This document shows, one piece after another, positions 11,497 to 26,104 of a DNA stretch of 64,000 bases. The notes below the pieces were generated by a model. It was not told where the DNA came from. It was given only the letters and a program-made list of their open reading frames with translations, and ran no database searches. The position numbers were made by a program, and so were the translations under genes. This stretch comes from Trichoplax sp. H2 (taxonomy: Eukaryota): the NCBI GenBank assembly GCA_003344405.1, contig NOWV01000135.1, positions 62,001-126,000 of the forward strand. The letters are read 5' to 3'. The stretch's first letter is position 1. Each line of letters opens with the position of its first letter.

Positions 11497-12420
11497 GAAT
11501 TCTACTGTAGAAAGAAATGACTATATTAATAGCTAGCGGTTGTTTCAGTATTTCAAGGAATAAGGATAATTGAATTGTAGTGTAGAAAGAAATGGCTACA
11601 GTATAGCTAGCCGTTGTTTCAGTATTTCAAAGAATAAGGATAATTGAATTCTACTGTAGAAAGAAATGACTATATTAATAGCTAGCGGTTGTTTCAGTAT
11701 TTCAAAGAGTAAGGATAATTTCTTATGGGGAATCCCTGCTGCAGCGAGGGGGAAATGAATAGGCTACACCGAACCCCAAACTTCATAGGAGATGCATGCA
11801 AATATTCAATTCTACAAAGATATTACCATAGCAATAGCTAGGGATTATTTCTGTAATACTGTCATGATTTTGTATACTCTACTAGAAGGGAAAGGAGAAT
11901 GTTTTTTTATTGGCGACCACTGCACGAGCTAGGGGAAATTAGTATTGAGGATACCGGATACCTGCAAGAGGTAGGAGAAGTTAAAAGGCCTACGCTATTA
12001 TAGCCGAGCCCAGAACTTTCAATGAGATACATGGACCCATTATTTCTACAAAGATATTACTATATTAATAGCTAGTTGCTGTTTCAATAATAATTATGCT
12101 GTATATTGTAAGGGAAAGGAGAATTTCTTATTAGGGATCTCTACCGGAGCTAGGAAAATAAAAGGCTATGCTAGTAGAAACGGAAGAAAAATTTCAAAAA
12201 TGAACATCATGTGCAAAGAGATCTCATTCTACAATATAGCCGAGCCCGGAACTTGAAGTGTGATACATCGACTCCTTGTAAAAATAAATTATCATCGTAA
12301 TAAAGGAAAGGATGATTTCTTACTTGGGGTTACTGCGGGAACCAGGCAAAATTAAAAGACTGCGCTATTAGAAACGCAATGAAATTTCCAAGAATTAGTA
12401 TCTACCATGTGGAAAGAATC
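11497..12420. repeat. 3 copies of a ~75-bp unit (11497-11720) followed by longer degenerate copies of a related unit
   Basis: gaattctactgtagaaagaaatgactatattaatagctagcggttgtttcagtatttcaa..ataaggataatt starts at ~11497, 11572 and 11646. Downstream, ccga(g/a)cc..aactt..gatacat, tctacaaagatattac and ggaaaggagaat blocks recur. Confidence 0.85.
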
Positions 12421-12849
12421 TTTATTGTTTCATAAAGTACATAGCCAAAAGAAGGCTATGCAGTTCATTTACAGTATTTTGAACAACAGATTTAATTCTA
12501 TAATAGGATACTCATTGAAGACTATAGCTATGTTAGCGATCGATATGTCATGACAGATACACAGCATAGTCACAAAGAAAAGTAATAACTTGATCAATTC
12601 TAAATTTAGACGGCGAAAGTTGCGGTCTAGGATACTTGAATCATAAACGTTGGTACGTTAGCGTCAGGCAACTAGGAATAGCTTTTGAATTGACATCATT
12701 TAAAACAAGCATCAAGCAATAATTTGCCTTGAGAGTAATAAATAAATCATCTGAAGTTTATAGAAGTATGAGTCAGAACATTCGATGAAATAGGTATGTG
12801 TCATGAACAATCGCCATAATAATAACTACAAATATTTGACTTAATCATC

Positions 12850-15800
12850 TTAAACAAATTTTAGGAATAAACTCTTCATATAGCGAGCTTCGAAAGCTAC
12901 GGTCCTCGTACCAGGTTGGATTACCGTACTTTGTAGTGGTTGTTCAATGATACTTGGTATAGTTTTACCATAGGCTAGAATAACGAATAATATAAGCAAA
13001 TTATATATCCATTCTGTCACTGAATAATTAGAAATACATTAGAGCTGGTAACTAGAAATACGAAAATCCCCTAACGTAGAAGACAGTGCAGCTTAATTAT
13101 CAGATCATACAGTATAGGTACACTCTACCACTCAAAAATTACTAAATTAATTGGTACTGATAACTAGAAATAACAAAATTTCTGAATTCATTCAATTAAA
13201 GCTGATAACTAGAAATGACGAGATTTCTTAATTTAATACGTACTGTAGTACGACTTGATTCATTATTAGTCAATATACTACAGTAAAGAATGATTCTAGA
13301 ATTAAATTTGAAAAAGAGAATCTTTTCCATGAATTTTTGTCACAAGTACCTTCACAATGTTCAAAAAACTGAATAATTTCTTGCAAGACACTATCTCTGA
13401 CGAGGATCATATGTTTCGCCTTTCAGAACAATCAAAATTAGTGCAAAGTACAGTATACGTAGAGTATAATTAAGTATGCTTGAGTACTCACCATATTTTC
13501 TAATAAAGAGCAAAAGCAGCGTTTAGCATAAAACCAAGTGTCGGTACCGAGCTACAAAAAGAATTCTATGTTAATATAAATTGTCCGAAGCTGCTATTGA
13601 ACGTGTCCTACTGTAGTATAGTATACGCTGCTTCTTAACACTTTGCACTACTTCCATGCAATGATGATAATAGCCTACCTTTTTATTATATGGCTCCAAA
13701 CTTTTCATAACGCGAGATATTCCAAATTCGTAATTCCCTTTTGCGCAGTATAATGTTCTAATGATCAATATATACATATGTACGTATTTAGTTAATAAGC
13801 CATAGCTAGAGTTGATTCAAGCTAGATATGGTGAAATAAGCTAGAAAGTAGCATTGCTACAAATTCTGATTGGTATTCAATTAGATTTACCCAATAACTA
13901 AATTAACAATACATAAGTGGAATATCTTCTTTTCTGGATCGGTGTAAGAAACTTGTTCCTATCATTTTGAACGATAATCATACAGTACGGACTGATTACA
14001 TCGAAGCGAAATACTTGTTATAAGTTAAAATAAGAAACACTAAAGGAATCTAAAGTATACCTCCTCTTTTTCAATTTTTCGCATTAATTCTTCAGCCTAA
14101 GAAATGCGAAGGAATGCTCAATACATAAATTGAATCAAATAGTATGCTATTGATCTATATTACTGCTCAAAATACCTCTTCATTTTGACTGGTCATAATA
14201 TAAGATACACAAAGATTTGCCAGAACTATGGCACTTATATTCAATATCTAGTATCAAAAGATAATACATGAAATTAACATACAATCATAAGTATCATCAG
14301 TACACTTCAAGTAGCTTATTATACGTTGTATATACGATTTTATTACGAATAATGTCTAAATTTTTTACAATATTCCCTCGTTTACTACTTACGTGTTGAT
14401 AATTTTTCTTCACTATGGGTTCATAAAAACTGATGCCTTCTTTGTATTTGCTTTCCTAAATTTTAACAAAATAATTTTAAAGAATTTCTATAAGTTCTCG
14501 ATTAAGGCTATAATAAAGATGACCATGGTTCTGATAAATAGATTATTTTGGCAATAGTATCCCACATAATAACTATACTTTCACTGCTAATACCTTATCC
14601 TTAACAAATCTTATTGGCACAACACTAACAGCTATTTACAACGGTTTCATGGTTTTGCTAAAACTACGATGGACAACTACATATATGAATAAATTCGATC
14701 TAAGAAATAGATCTATATTATCAACCTGCATGAATAAAACATGGGCAACATTTAACTTCCAAGTATCATGTTCATTGCAAAATTCCACTGATTTTCGAAA
14801 TATCTTTTCAACTTGAGCATAATTTTCTCTGTCCCAGTATATTTTGGCTTGCGCCATAAGCACTGGGATATACCTGTAAATCGAGAAGTAGATTATAACA
14901 TGACTAAAATTGCTCAGTTATAGACCGATACTTTATTACAACTCCGTTCATTAAAGACTTCAGGAAAAACAATTAATTATTTATCAAACCTCTCTAATGC
15001 TTCATCATATTCATTAACAGCTCTTTTAACAGCTTCATCATCGTGATTTTGTCTGGACTCCTGTACCTATAGTATTTATAAAGCGGTAATAAGCGTAAAT
15101 GTATACGTCTAAAGTATTTATACTTTATACTTTTTTCATTACCTGTTTTGTAAGCTTCCTTAACGCATCAGTATGCTTAGATGCCATATCATCAAATTTA
15201 CGATATGCCTGCAATGATCAATATTTTGTCAATTGAAGATAACAGAAAGTTTATATTATAACTACTGCAATAGATAACCTCTTCAGGAGATGTCTGTTGT
15301 GTAATAAGAGCATCCAGAAATCCATAGAGGTACTGTAGATTCGAAGAAATATTTAAAAGAAATCAGAGGTGGAATTAAAGAGATAGAAAATATAATAGAA
15401 GGAAAAACTATAAAAAGAACCTTCATGTTATATTTCACAGTTATAAAGGAGAATTTACTAACTTGTGAAAGATATTTAAAGGTTAGGTGGGCATTTTCAG
15501 CAAGCACATCAGCAGCTAAATCAAAGTACTATAACATGAAAAATTGGTAGATTAAAAACTCCTATTAATGCGCTATAACAACTTATAGTACCTTAGTATC
15601 ATGATAACAAAAGTGAACTTTTGTCAAAATGTTTAATCTGTGATATCAATTTACCTCATATTTGCAATATAGTAGTAGTAGGTTTCCAAATGTCTCTGTT
15701 ATTAATCAAGTATAATAGTAAATTTATTTGATAAAAAAGAATAATAGTAATAACAAGATACTGAATATTACCAGGTGGAAACGGATTTTGCTGGAGTAAA

Positions 15801-18595
15801 AATTGCAGTTTTTCGAATCCCTAATAACAGTTGATCAAGATTTATTAAATCATAAACAAGCAACAAGATGAGGAATCTGTGTCAGTTAAATATATCATTA
15901 GATTACGGTACATGCTAGCGTATAATTCGATCAATGCATAACTTAAGGTTTCTTTATCCTTTTACCGATGTTGGATTGGCATCAAAATTAATTAAGGCTT
16001 GATTATGTAAAGTTACAGGATCTAATTCCTAAATAAAAGATTCGAATGGGATCGTAAATTTTTACTCATTTTCCACAACAAAATTGGATGTACTGCTCAT
16101 GTTATAGAAAGCTTAAAACGTACCTCTTCAGATCTTGGAGGCATATCAGTTAAGGCATCCATAGCAGCATCATCTTACGTACAATAGACAGCATCAATTA
16201 CGTAATTATCACCTATCTAACATACACAAAGTAAAGTTATTATATACTTACAGTTCTTTAGTTGATGTTCAATTGCAGCCTTAAGATTAAAAGCTTCGAT
16301 TAAAGCAGTTTCATGTAATACCTGGATATTAGAAATGCAACGTTATCGCTTTAAATTTTTTCAATTTCAGGGTCATATATCAGATAATTTATAAGAATGA
16401 TCTTACCAGAGTATTTCCTACACTTCGTACTTCGATTCCTTCAGTTGTCATACCAACACTAAGTTCTGTAAAATTTTCACATACACGTATGTAAGTACAT
16501 TTACCCTTAAAGCAATACTTCGAATAGCAAATACTTGATGATTCTAATCTAACCTGGATGTTCTCTAATACCACGTTCAATAATATCGGCAATGTTCTTA
16601 AGAGATGGGGCAAATTGTTTCATGTGGTAATAGCACAAAGCGATATTGTACGATAATCCTAAAGTTAATACCAATAATATTAATAATTTTCTAAGAAAAA
16701 TGTTTTGCAGACATGTCATTTAAAAATTTACAAGATATAATAAGCTAAGACAAGACTATTAATCTATTTAATACTACATTACTATACGTTCTAACACATT
16801 TGTGACTTAAGCTACCTGCTTGGAAGCCAATCATTTGCTGCGCCGTTAGAAATCGCCGACAAGCTTCTTCGTAGCGGTCCTCCTAGTAAGTTAAAGAGTA
16901 TCAAGTGGTCTTGGTTAAGTTACTTTCGTACATTAGGCATATGTCATTTAGAAATCGCAAAACATACCATGAAAAGAAGACATCCATTGTTAATTTCAAC
17001 GTCTACATCATCGCTCGGACACTGATCTATTAATGCCTGCATATAATATAAACTATCATGTAAGCTACCGTACTAGTTTAAAAGACGATATTCAAAAATA
17101 TGTTTATGATGATCTCACTTTTGAACCAGAATAGTCTTGTTCACCGAATTTGATTGCAGATTGTAATTTCAAAATCTGTAGAAGCAATAAATACAACAAA
17201 AAATATATTATGATACACTAATTGCATGCTTTTATTGATTCATGTAAAATGATATCACATACAGCATGACAAAGTGAAGAAATGACTACAGCTCTGTGTA
17301 CTTATATCTCATACCTTTGATTGGGTTTCAGTATTCGTAGGAATACTAAAAGTTGCCTTTGTTGCTTCAGCAAACATATTGGCTTTATATAATGACTATG
17401 GTGATAATGTTATTACTCAGCATTACTTTAAGTGTATCAATTTTATATGCTAAATGCAAGTGAATATATTTAACTCTAACCTGTGCATAATTTACTCTGT
17501 ACTCCACGTTATCGGGTTGTATTTGCACCAATTGTTTATAACTATTATAATTAGACATGAATTAAACGAGAAATATTAGTGTTTATGGCTAGCGGAGTCT
17601 TGCATGAATCATTTGATTAGCCGATTAGATGATATTTTATTTGCAATTCTTACCATTCTGCTGCAGCAGCAAAATCTTGTAGGTAATAATGGCAGTATGC
17701 TAGAATTGAAAGTGCAGCACGAGATTTAGGATGATTTTCTAATTCACTTGATAGAATTTCGATCGCTTCATGATATTTTTGATCTCGTATCTAAGTTAGA
17801 TATGATTTTTAATTGATATCATAAGTACAAAATAATTTTAGAATTACTTAATTCACTTAGCGTCTTTAGACGCAATTTAATCCATGAATGTAACAATAAC
17901 TTTAAAGATTTCGTAATATATTATCATTAACCCTTATTTGTATTATGTTGGCGATATCGTTATAATTTCCTACAGAAATACATGCGAATAACAATCTGAT
18001 ATTTTATATGTTGACAGTAACGGTATCATTTTCATTTTAAGAGTTGGTCTCATCGCTCTTCATCTATGTATTTCATTAAATCTGCTTAATATTATAAGTC
18101 TATTGAATTATAGATAGTCGATAGGAAGGATAAGGTTTTTACTAAATTCTTTCCGTTAGGATCTAACAGTGGGCTGATTCAATTTGAAACATGAAAGTAA
18201 GTACTTCTCTTGTAAGGGCCTAATTGAGATACGCCTAATAAGGCATGGTTCATATAATAAATTATATCGAAAGGCGTAAGTTTCTATATCGTAGTTTAAG
18301 ATTATTTGTACTATCAAAAAATTCCGAGTGGAAATCCCTTCTATCATGGGTAAGTAAAGGATAAGATTGACATCTCTAGAATTTATTCATTCAAAATTAA
18401 ACCCTTTTTAGGGAAAATTTTTTATTAACTGAACTTTTGAATCGCTGATAAATTGGTAAATCACAATTACGGTCGTTAGTTCAAGAAATAACTTCTCATT
18501 AGCGTATATCTAATATGATTAATATATGATATACTTACCAAGCTATAGATTTTAACCGTGTATTCGCCTTCTTTAATTTGCGTTGGAGGATTCAT
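12850..18595 (-). CDS. TTC30: Tetratricopeptide repeat protein 30 / IFT70 (Fleer/DYF-1), IFT-B subunit, ~20+ short exons
   Basis: MNPPTQIKEGEYTVKIY..., ELSVGMTTEGIEVRSVGNTL, ELDPVTLHNQAL, VLMAQAKIYWDRENYAQVEKIFRKSVEFCNEHDTWKLNVAHVLFMQ, TLYCAKGNYEFGISRVMKSLEPYNKK, ending RTVAFEARYMKSLFLKFV* (stop 12850-12852). Confidence 0.96.
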
Positions 18596-18978
18596 ATTTT
18601 CTAGATACCAGCTGAAGTGGATGACTCAATCGTGTGTAAGCGTGTATTATATATTACAAAGTATAATATGGTGTAGCAAATAACCAACTAATAATAAGCG
18701 ACAAAGTACTCTACCAACTATTTTTGGAAGACTGCCAATTCCAAAATTTATGTTATATCGCTCGCCTTATTAAACTAGAGTAAAACAAGTATACAGTCAG
18801 TCGTAAATCTGCCAATATATAGTACTTGATTTGAGACACGAATTAATATGCACACGTTATGGCGCTATACTGTTATCTCATCAAGATCTTCGTTTAATTC
18901 CTGGCTATAACGATCAATCTTAGCTACTCATAGTAATGCCTATTACCAGAAATATTAAGAAACAAGAATGTGCATTCG

Positions 18979-18993
18979 GTTTCCAGGAGTAAC
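18979..18993 (-). promoter_or_regulatory. X-box (RFX binding site) upstream of TTC30/IFT70, with an adjacent NRF1-like TGCGCATGCG at 19020-19029
   Basis: The minus strand reads GTTACT-CCT-GGAAAC, a two-half-site X-box with a 3-nt spacer, ~385 bp upstream of the ATG of a ciliary gene. Confidence 0.6.
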
Positions 18994-19143
18994 GAAGGCA
19001 AGACTGCGCCGGCCTGTCACGCATGCGCAACCCGTCTTCGAGTTCAAATTCTATCCTTATTTACAATTTAGCTCTGACTTAAATATGATCGATTTCCAAC
19101 TAGTCTATTAGGACTTATATTATTCTAATAAATTTTCCAATGT

Positions 19144-19772
19144 AAAAATTGATATTGCAACCTATGTGGCTATAGCTGTCTAGATAAACCATTTTATCGT
19201 TACTGATCGCTTTTCGACTAGTCGATTTGGACTTGTTTCACTTCAGTTTTTACGTATAAAAATTGGCATTGCAACCTATTTGACTGTAGCTGCCTAGATG
19301 AATTATTTTGTCGCTATTGATTGTTTTTCGACTAGTAGATTTTGACTTATTTTAATTTCCGTTATAAAAATTGACATTGTAACCTATCTAGCTATAGCTG
19401 CCTACATAAATTATTTTATCGCTATTGATCGCTTTTCGACTAGTCCATTTTGACTTGCGTCATTTCAATTTTCCATTATGAAAGTTGACATTGCAACCTA
19501 TCTGGCTATAGCTGTCTAAATAAATCATGCTGCCGTTATTGATCGCTTTTCCACTACTAATTTTGGACTTATTTTAATATTCGGGTATGAAAATTGACAT
19601 TACAACCTATTTGGCTATAGCTGTCTAAATGAATCATTTTATCCTTCTTGATTGCTGTTCGACTAGTAGATTTTGATTGGCATCAAAATTTTAATTTTCA
19701 AGTACGAAAATTGACATTGTAACCTACAGTATTTGGCTATAGGGGTCTAGATAAATCATTATGTCGTTATTG
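19144..19772. repeat. Tandem repeat, ~6 copies of a ~110-117-bp unit
   Basis: aaaattgacattgcaacctat.tggctatagctgtcta.ataaatcatttt..cgttattgatcgcttttcgactagt..atttggactt recurs at ~19144, 19259, 19366, 19481, 19590 and 19707. Confidence 0.92.
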
Positions 19773-21779
19773 TACCACTACAGTATACTGTAGTACTATG
19801 GTTGCATTTGAATTTACGAAATAATGGAGATCGATAGAATTCATTAGCCACTCTATGTAGCGTCTAAATTTGATCATCGATTTGTACAGTATTTATGAAG
19901 ATGAAATGGGTAAGTAGCACCATATGCTAAAATGAGCACAGTACAGTATTTGTACACTGTTCGATATGGAGTTTATTCTAGTACACGATTTAAATCATTT
20001 CATTCAATATAGATGTAATGAATAGTATAGAACAGTAGTCGGAAGTCTAGGTATGGCCGTGGGACCTTACAGAAAATGATTACGGAAAGTTTTAATAAAG
20101 CCATTGTTAAAAAACCCTTCCTCAATTTTATGCGGACGAAGATCGATCGATACCGAATAAAATCAAAACAATTTTCGTTGAATCAAAGCTGTCGAGAGTC
20201 ATTTATTGATCGAACGTGTAGTGTACGGGTTATTAGCCCTAAAACTACTGCAATTAGCTGAAATCACTACAGAATGATTTTTTATCTCCCTTTAATTTAA
20301 AGAGTTAAGTTAAGAGGCCTAACGCCTAGGGGCATCTATATACAGCATGCGCACATTTTACTCATGAAGTCATCTGGATAGATACACGAGTATAAGAAAT
20401 CAATTCAATATTTGACCATATTTATTTTCATATCCGATTGCTACTAGACTATAAAAGATCTTTTATCTTTGTTTCAATGTAATTATTTATTATTTTTTAT
20501 TGAAAATCTATCCAAGATATTTTTATAATCACGTACAGTACTGCACGTAGGCATGGAGTAAATTTCCGATGCTTGTTGTATTTTCTAAGTTAAATCTATA
20601 TAATAGAAATTCAAGATAGAAACATTTTGATTACAGTAGACTGTAATGTGTTAAAATGTCTTTATGTGTCATCCATTGAGCTGTAGAAAAATCAACGTAC
20701 AAAATAAAGTTAGGGGTTAAACGATGGCCAGTGAAAACTAAGTTCACAGAGACTTACAAATTCTATTCCTAATCAATTTCAAGCACATCGTATACGTACG
20801 CTTCCAACCATACCATACAACTCATTATGCGCTGCCATGAGAAGGTTTGTATTTTATTATTTTTTACTCTTTTGGGGGAATTAAATAAGTAAATTAATCA
20901 GTTCTGTTGTATTCCGTTATTCAGTTCAAGTTTTATATTGGAAACCTATACTGAGCAGGCAAAACTAGCGATGCACCCATACGCATATCAAAACAGTGGA
21001 CAATAATAATTATTATAATTAAGGAGATTTTTACTTGTTGGCCCTACCTACGCAATATAGGTCGCTATTGCGTCACATAGCGAGGCAGAAGATTCGATTC
21101 CACTCTAGAATTTTCAAAGTTTTATATCCAGTCTAACCAATCCTAGTTGCAAGCATCAACCAGCACGTAGGCCATTGTCCGCCATGATGGAAAGGACAAT
21201 ACTGCAAAAGAGGAGCGTGCCCTTCTATCCAATCTATAACCTACAATCTAATTGTCTGATAGATCAGTACACGCCCTCAAAATCATACAATCAACGCTAA
21301 ATAAAAACATGCAAATCTGTCAATTGCTAGTTAATACATTAATACGCTTTGACCCCTGGAATATAAATATAAAACAACACTGGTCAGATGTTTACTCATT
21401 CTAATTACATTCATCGCACCGATCAGACAGTAGAATGTTCTAAGTTGTCATCATCACTCGAAACGATCAAATCAGATATTCCAATTTTCTCCATCGACCT
21501 TAGGCTAAGCAGCGTTCTAACTGTCGATGAGCGAAAGGTAATTGCCACCTGCGATCAACTCGATCATCAATATTATTTTATCATCATCATCTTTTAGCGA
21601 TCGTAAAAGAAAAGAAGAAAAATCAAAATTAACTGTAAAATGGGTGAAATAGACAAAAGTATCGAAATGCTACAACGCGAATACTTTTCCATGATTCCAC
21701 TACGATTTGTTTTTGGATCGATCAAGGTAGGAGACACATGATAGATTCTACTAAGACAGTATGACTGGATAACCTCTAA

Positions 21780-22370
21780 GTTTGCCCTTGATTGGCACAA
21801 TCAAGAATGCCTTAGTATCTATTTGATCTTGCTATGTATCAACGAGCATTCTGACATCCTTCCATTGTAACGGTTGAGATTGAATCTTTTGAGTTGTGAA
21901 TTGCTTTTTTCATGATTTTCTTACCATTTTTAGCTCTGTCAAGGTAGTCATGGAGGCCAAATGATAGATTGTACGATAATGTAGTATGATTGGATACCGG
22001 AATTTACAGTTGATCGGCGCAATCGAAAAATTGTATAATATCTATTTGTTCTTGGCCTGTATCTTTGAGCATCTTCACATCCCTCTGAAGGTCAAGATTG
22101 AATCAATCTTTGAGTAGTGAACAGCTTTTTCTACTTTCTTACTGCTATTTGATGTCTTACTGATGGGATTGTGTATACATAGACGCCGTAAAATGCAATG
22201 AGGATATCCAAAGTTCGAAGTTGATCGCATATCGATCGATACGATTCATTCAGGGTCTATTTTGTTCTACGTAGGCATGGATTATCCTTTCGTACTCATG
22301 CCCTTCGGTCATTACGGTAGAGATTGAATCAGCATCATAGAAAGAATCTTTGAATTGCAAATAATTCTTT
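21780..22370. repeat. Highly degenerate ~220-bp triplication (possible decayed coding repeat)
   Basis: An (g/a)agattgaatc...tttga(g/a)t.g anchor occurs at ~21876, ~22093 and ~22320, with similar flanks (tctatttg.tct, ggata.c). Minus-strand frames are broken by stops and frameshifts. Confidence 0.45.
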
Positions 22371-23607
22371 CAATACGGTAGACATTAAACCCACGTCACA
22401 GAAAATTCTTGGATTTGCCAACAGTTCTCGACTGTTATCTGACCATCATTTATATGTTCCAGAGAAATTGATGTATGTAGAAATAACGTAAAAAGAAACT
22501 AGATAGCGCTTGAACTTAGCATTTTGAACGAGATCAACGGTCATTTTTGACTATTACCCTATACACTGTATACAGTAGTATGGCTATTAACGTAAATACA
22601 TACGGATTGTCTCATATAGACAATATTGATATATAGTACAATATACCACTTGAAAAATGGTGACACAAGTGAATGGTCGCCGTTTTATTTCCTCAATTAA
22701 TTATCCAACGTAGTATCAATCGTCTTTCTAACTTAATCATAGTTCAATGTTCTATCATATACCTTACAATCTTTGAACATGTTTATTTATTAGCCGATAT
22801 GACCTGTGAGATGGCAATATTTACAAGTGCAGACATACAGTACTTTGACCCAATGACCTATTGCGAGCCTGCTCATTCTAACGCATGTGTAGGAGGGATC
22901 ATAGACTAAAATGGCAGCAATTTTTTTTCAAATTTTAATGATTATATGATATAATCACACGATGCTGACAGCAGTCAAAATAGTAGTTGTAGAGCATTGC
23001 GATCGATAAACATAGTTAAAACCCTAAAATCAACTTGTATTGTGTGTTGGTAGTTACATGGAGTACAAAATCACTACGATTGTCAACTAATCTGCAACGA
23101 GTTTATTTTACTCTGAACGGATTGTTGATCAAAGTGAATTACCAATAAATATCAATGTCAGCATACAAATACATAGAAAAAACCTACGGACAGTTAAGTT
23201 ACGACTGAAATAACAACATCTTCCAATATAGCTACAGACATTGCAAAATCTATGTTGTTGAAACGATCAAATTAAATAAGAGTAATCTTCAATCTCTGCT
23301 GTGATCGTTGATATCCGATTTTCACATGATGCTACAAATTGATTGATATAATGTTAAATTATACAATATCTGACTACTATATTTCGACACTGCCAAATTA
23401 AATTGCCGTAATCAATTTACGCACAAGATAATGATAATGTAAATTAATTACGTGAATAATTTTTATTACATAATCAAGTTGAGTGATTTATTCCATTCCG
23501 TATCCTATATTTTGTACAGATGACTAATCACAGTTCAAAACGAGGTGAAAATACTTTGTTTGATTTAACTCGATATTTTTTATTCCCTTACCATTTCTAT
23601 TCTTAGG

Positions 23608-26104
23608 ACATAACTCTGGATGTTGATATCCAAACAAAAATTCTATACAAGGTTAGTTTATCAATCAATTTGAATACAGTAAAACAATCCTAACCGATTG
23701 CATTGAGAATGACCGATAAATATACTTTAACACATGAGTATTATCCATAATGTTGACGTAAATGCCATCACATCCATTTATATATATGTATGTATCCATT
23801 TTAACAGACTATCAAATTCAAGCTTCACGACAATTATCCTGTTTCTAAGCGCTATACAATAGCATTTCTAAACGAGTTTATCAGTAAGGTAGGTCCTTTT
23901 TCTTCAGTAAGATTTTCATAAATTATTAGACAAAAAATATTGAGTGATACTATTTACTTTATACTCTGCAGCGGTAGATTCCTTGCTGTTTAGAACAAGA
24001 TAACTTATAACTTTTTAATGAATTTCTACCGTAATCTTTCTTTAAATTTGTTGATCAAAATTACAACGCTATACGTACGCTATCAGCGATATAGCGCAAT
24101 TGATAAATGATGATTTCCCTTAACGTAAACGATTACTTTGTTCTGATCATGCACTAATTGACGCTGATTGATTGGCACTAGTGTGAGAAGGCAGGATGTG
24201 AAATAATTGACGAATTATATGAAATCTATACTGGATACATCAGCGTGAAATTAAAACCAGAACAATACTTTTATAAGTCCTATCTACTGGTAAATAATGA
24301 GTTAAGCAAGAACTCAATATTAGTGTAATGTCAGATTGATGCACATATATCAATAGAACAACTAAATAGCCTATTACAATCTGCCAATTCTAATTTTTTT
24401 TTACCTCCAATAACTACAACTAACTTTCCTAAAAGCCGTCTGGAAAAACGATATCAATTTCTACCGCTCCGCAATTCGTTGCCCATGGTACGACTGGTCT
24501 TAACATTTGGCCCGTGAGTATAGCATCTACTTGAAGTCATAGTCAATCTTTTAAACAAATTTACCAGTAAATTAATAGGTAATATTTTATTATTATCACA
24601 TTAACGACAACTTAAAGTGATATTACTGTAATTTGCTAATATAGGCCTCATTTGCTCTCAACGAATGGATTTATCAAAACAAGAGCATTTTCGATAATCG
24701 GTAATGTTAATTGAAAATGAAGAACCACTGAATAAGTTTATACGATAATTAAGGATGGATAATTAAACGCATCATTTAGTAATTTATGATTAAAGAGTTT
24801 AGTGCGAAAATCATGAAAATCTTAGCTATATAAAGCAATATCATGTTTTTTGTAATGATTGATAGAAATCGCACAACTGATTATCTTGATTAACTATTAA
24901 TCTTTTAGATCAGTTTTAGAACTTGGATCTGGTGTTGGCTTAACCGGTATCTTTACTTGCTTAGAATGTAAACCTCGTCGTTATACTCTCTCCGATTGCC
25001 ATTGCATGGTTTTACAACGCTTGGAAAAAAATCTTACCATCAATTTGAAGGATTTGGATAACTATAACCTTGATATCAAGTATTCCTCTGATGATATTAT
25101 CCAAAATGGCATACATAAAACAGCTAAAAGCACCGTTGAATTGATCGGTTTGAACTGCGAAACTGCAAGCGAACACGATCTTTCTAAGCTTCAATCCGAC
25201 ATTATTTTAGCATCTGGTTAGATTCATTTATTAATCTAGCATAGTGAGATAGAAAGTACTATTTTTTTATATTACCAGCATTGTCAATTTTTAATTTCGT
25301 AAATTTACAGATTTAATCTTCGACATGAGGCTAATTAGCTCATTGGTAAGAACTTTGCAGTGCTTGCTAAGGTATGATTCATATGAAGTTTCATTAAAAA
25401 AGATTGTATAGTTAATACGCCTACTGCACCGCGTATCATCAGATCTTAAAACACTTCAGCATTACTAATGATAGACAAACTGCCAAATTATAATTTCCCT
25501 TAAAGAGTTACCTATTTTAAGTAAAGACGTATTAAGAGAAAATACATTAAATATCTTCATCAAATATATATGCATACCCCTATATATTGCGTTCTCTAGA
25601 TCTGTAATTATTGAAAATTATTTTGGATGCGCAAGTAGAATAAAGTAACCGATCAATAAATGATTAATTAATAACCTTCTTGTCTTATACCAATTGTATA
25701 TTTGTAGAAATACAGATACAAATAAATCGGAGACGAAGCCAGTTGCCTATATATGTTCCACCGTTAGGAGCGAAAATACATACAATTTCTTTATGTCAGA
25801 GCTGGGTATGTTACACATCATGTAAACGAAAGTAAAACTTAGTATTAGAAGTTTACTTTCCACTTGTGCTACTGCAACATTGCTATATAGTCTTGCCGAA
25901 TTTTGAAGTCTTCATTCCACATCTGTTTCTCATTAAATTACAGCAAAACACGAATTACATAACTGACTGTAGACTAATTTTTTATATTTTTTTATAGATG
26001 CTGCGGGTATTCATTATGAACACATAGATTTCAATCCTAAGAATGTATGTTTTATCAACTTAGAATCTGAAAGAACGAAACTACTCAAGCTATGGTCGTC
26101 ATAG
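23608..26104 (+). CDS. EEF2KMT: eEF2 lysine methyltransferase (FAM86A/Efm3 family); first coding exon not resolved
   Basis: FAM86-domain exons TIKFKLHDNYPVSKRYTIAFLNEFISK and CEKAGCEIIDELYEIY..FYKSYLL, then GTTGLNIWPASFALNEW, motif I VLELGSGVGLTG, post-I YTLSDCH, DIILASDLIFD and AYICSTVRSENTY. Stop at 26102-26104. Confidence 0.9.

Noticed and set aside
21040-21105. tRNA/SINE-like segment with a B-box-like gattcgattcc
   Set aside because: No cloverleaf or A-box could be built, and it is single-copy in the window.
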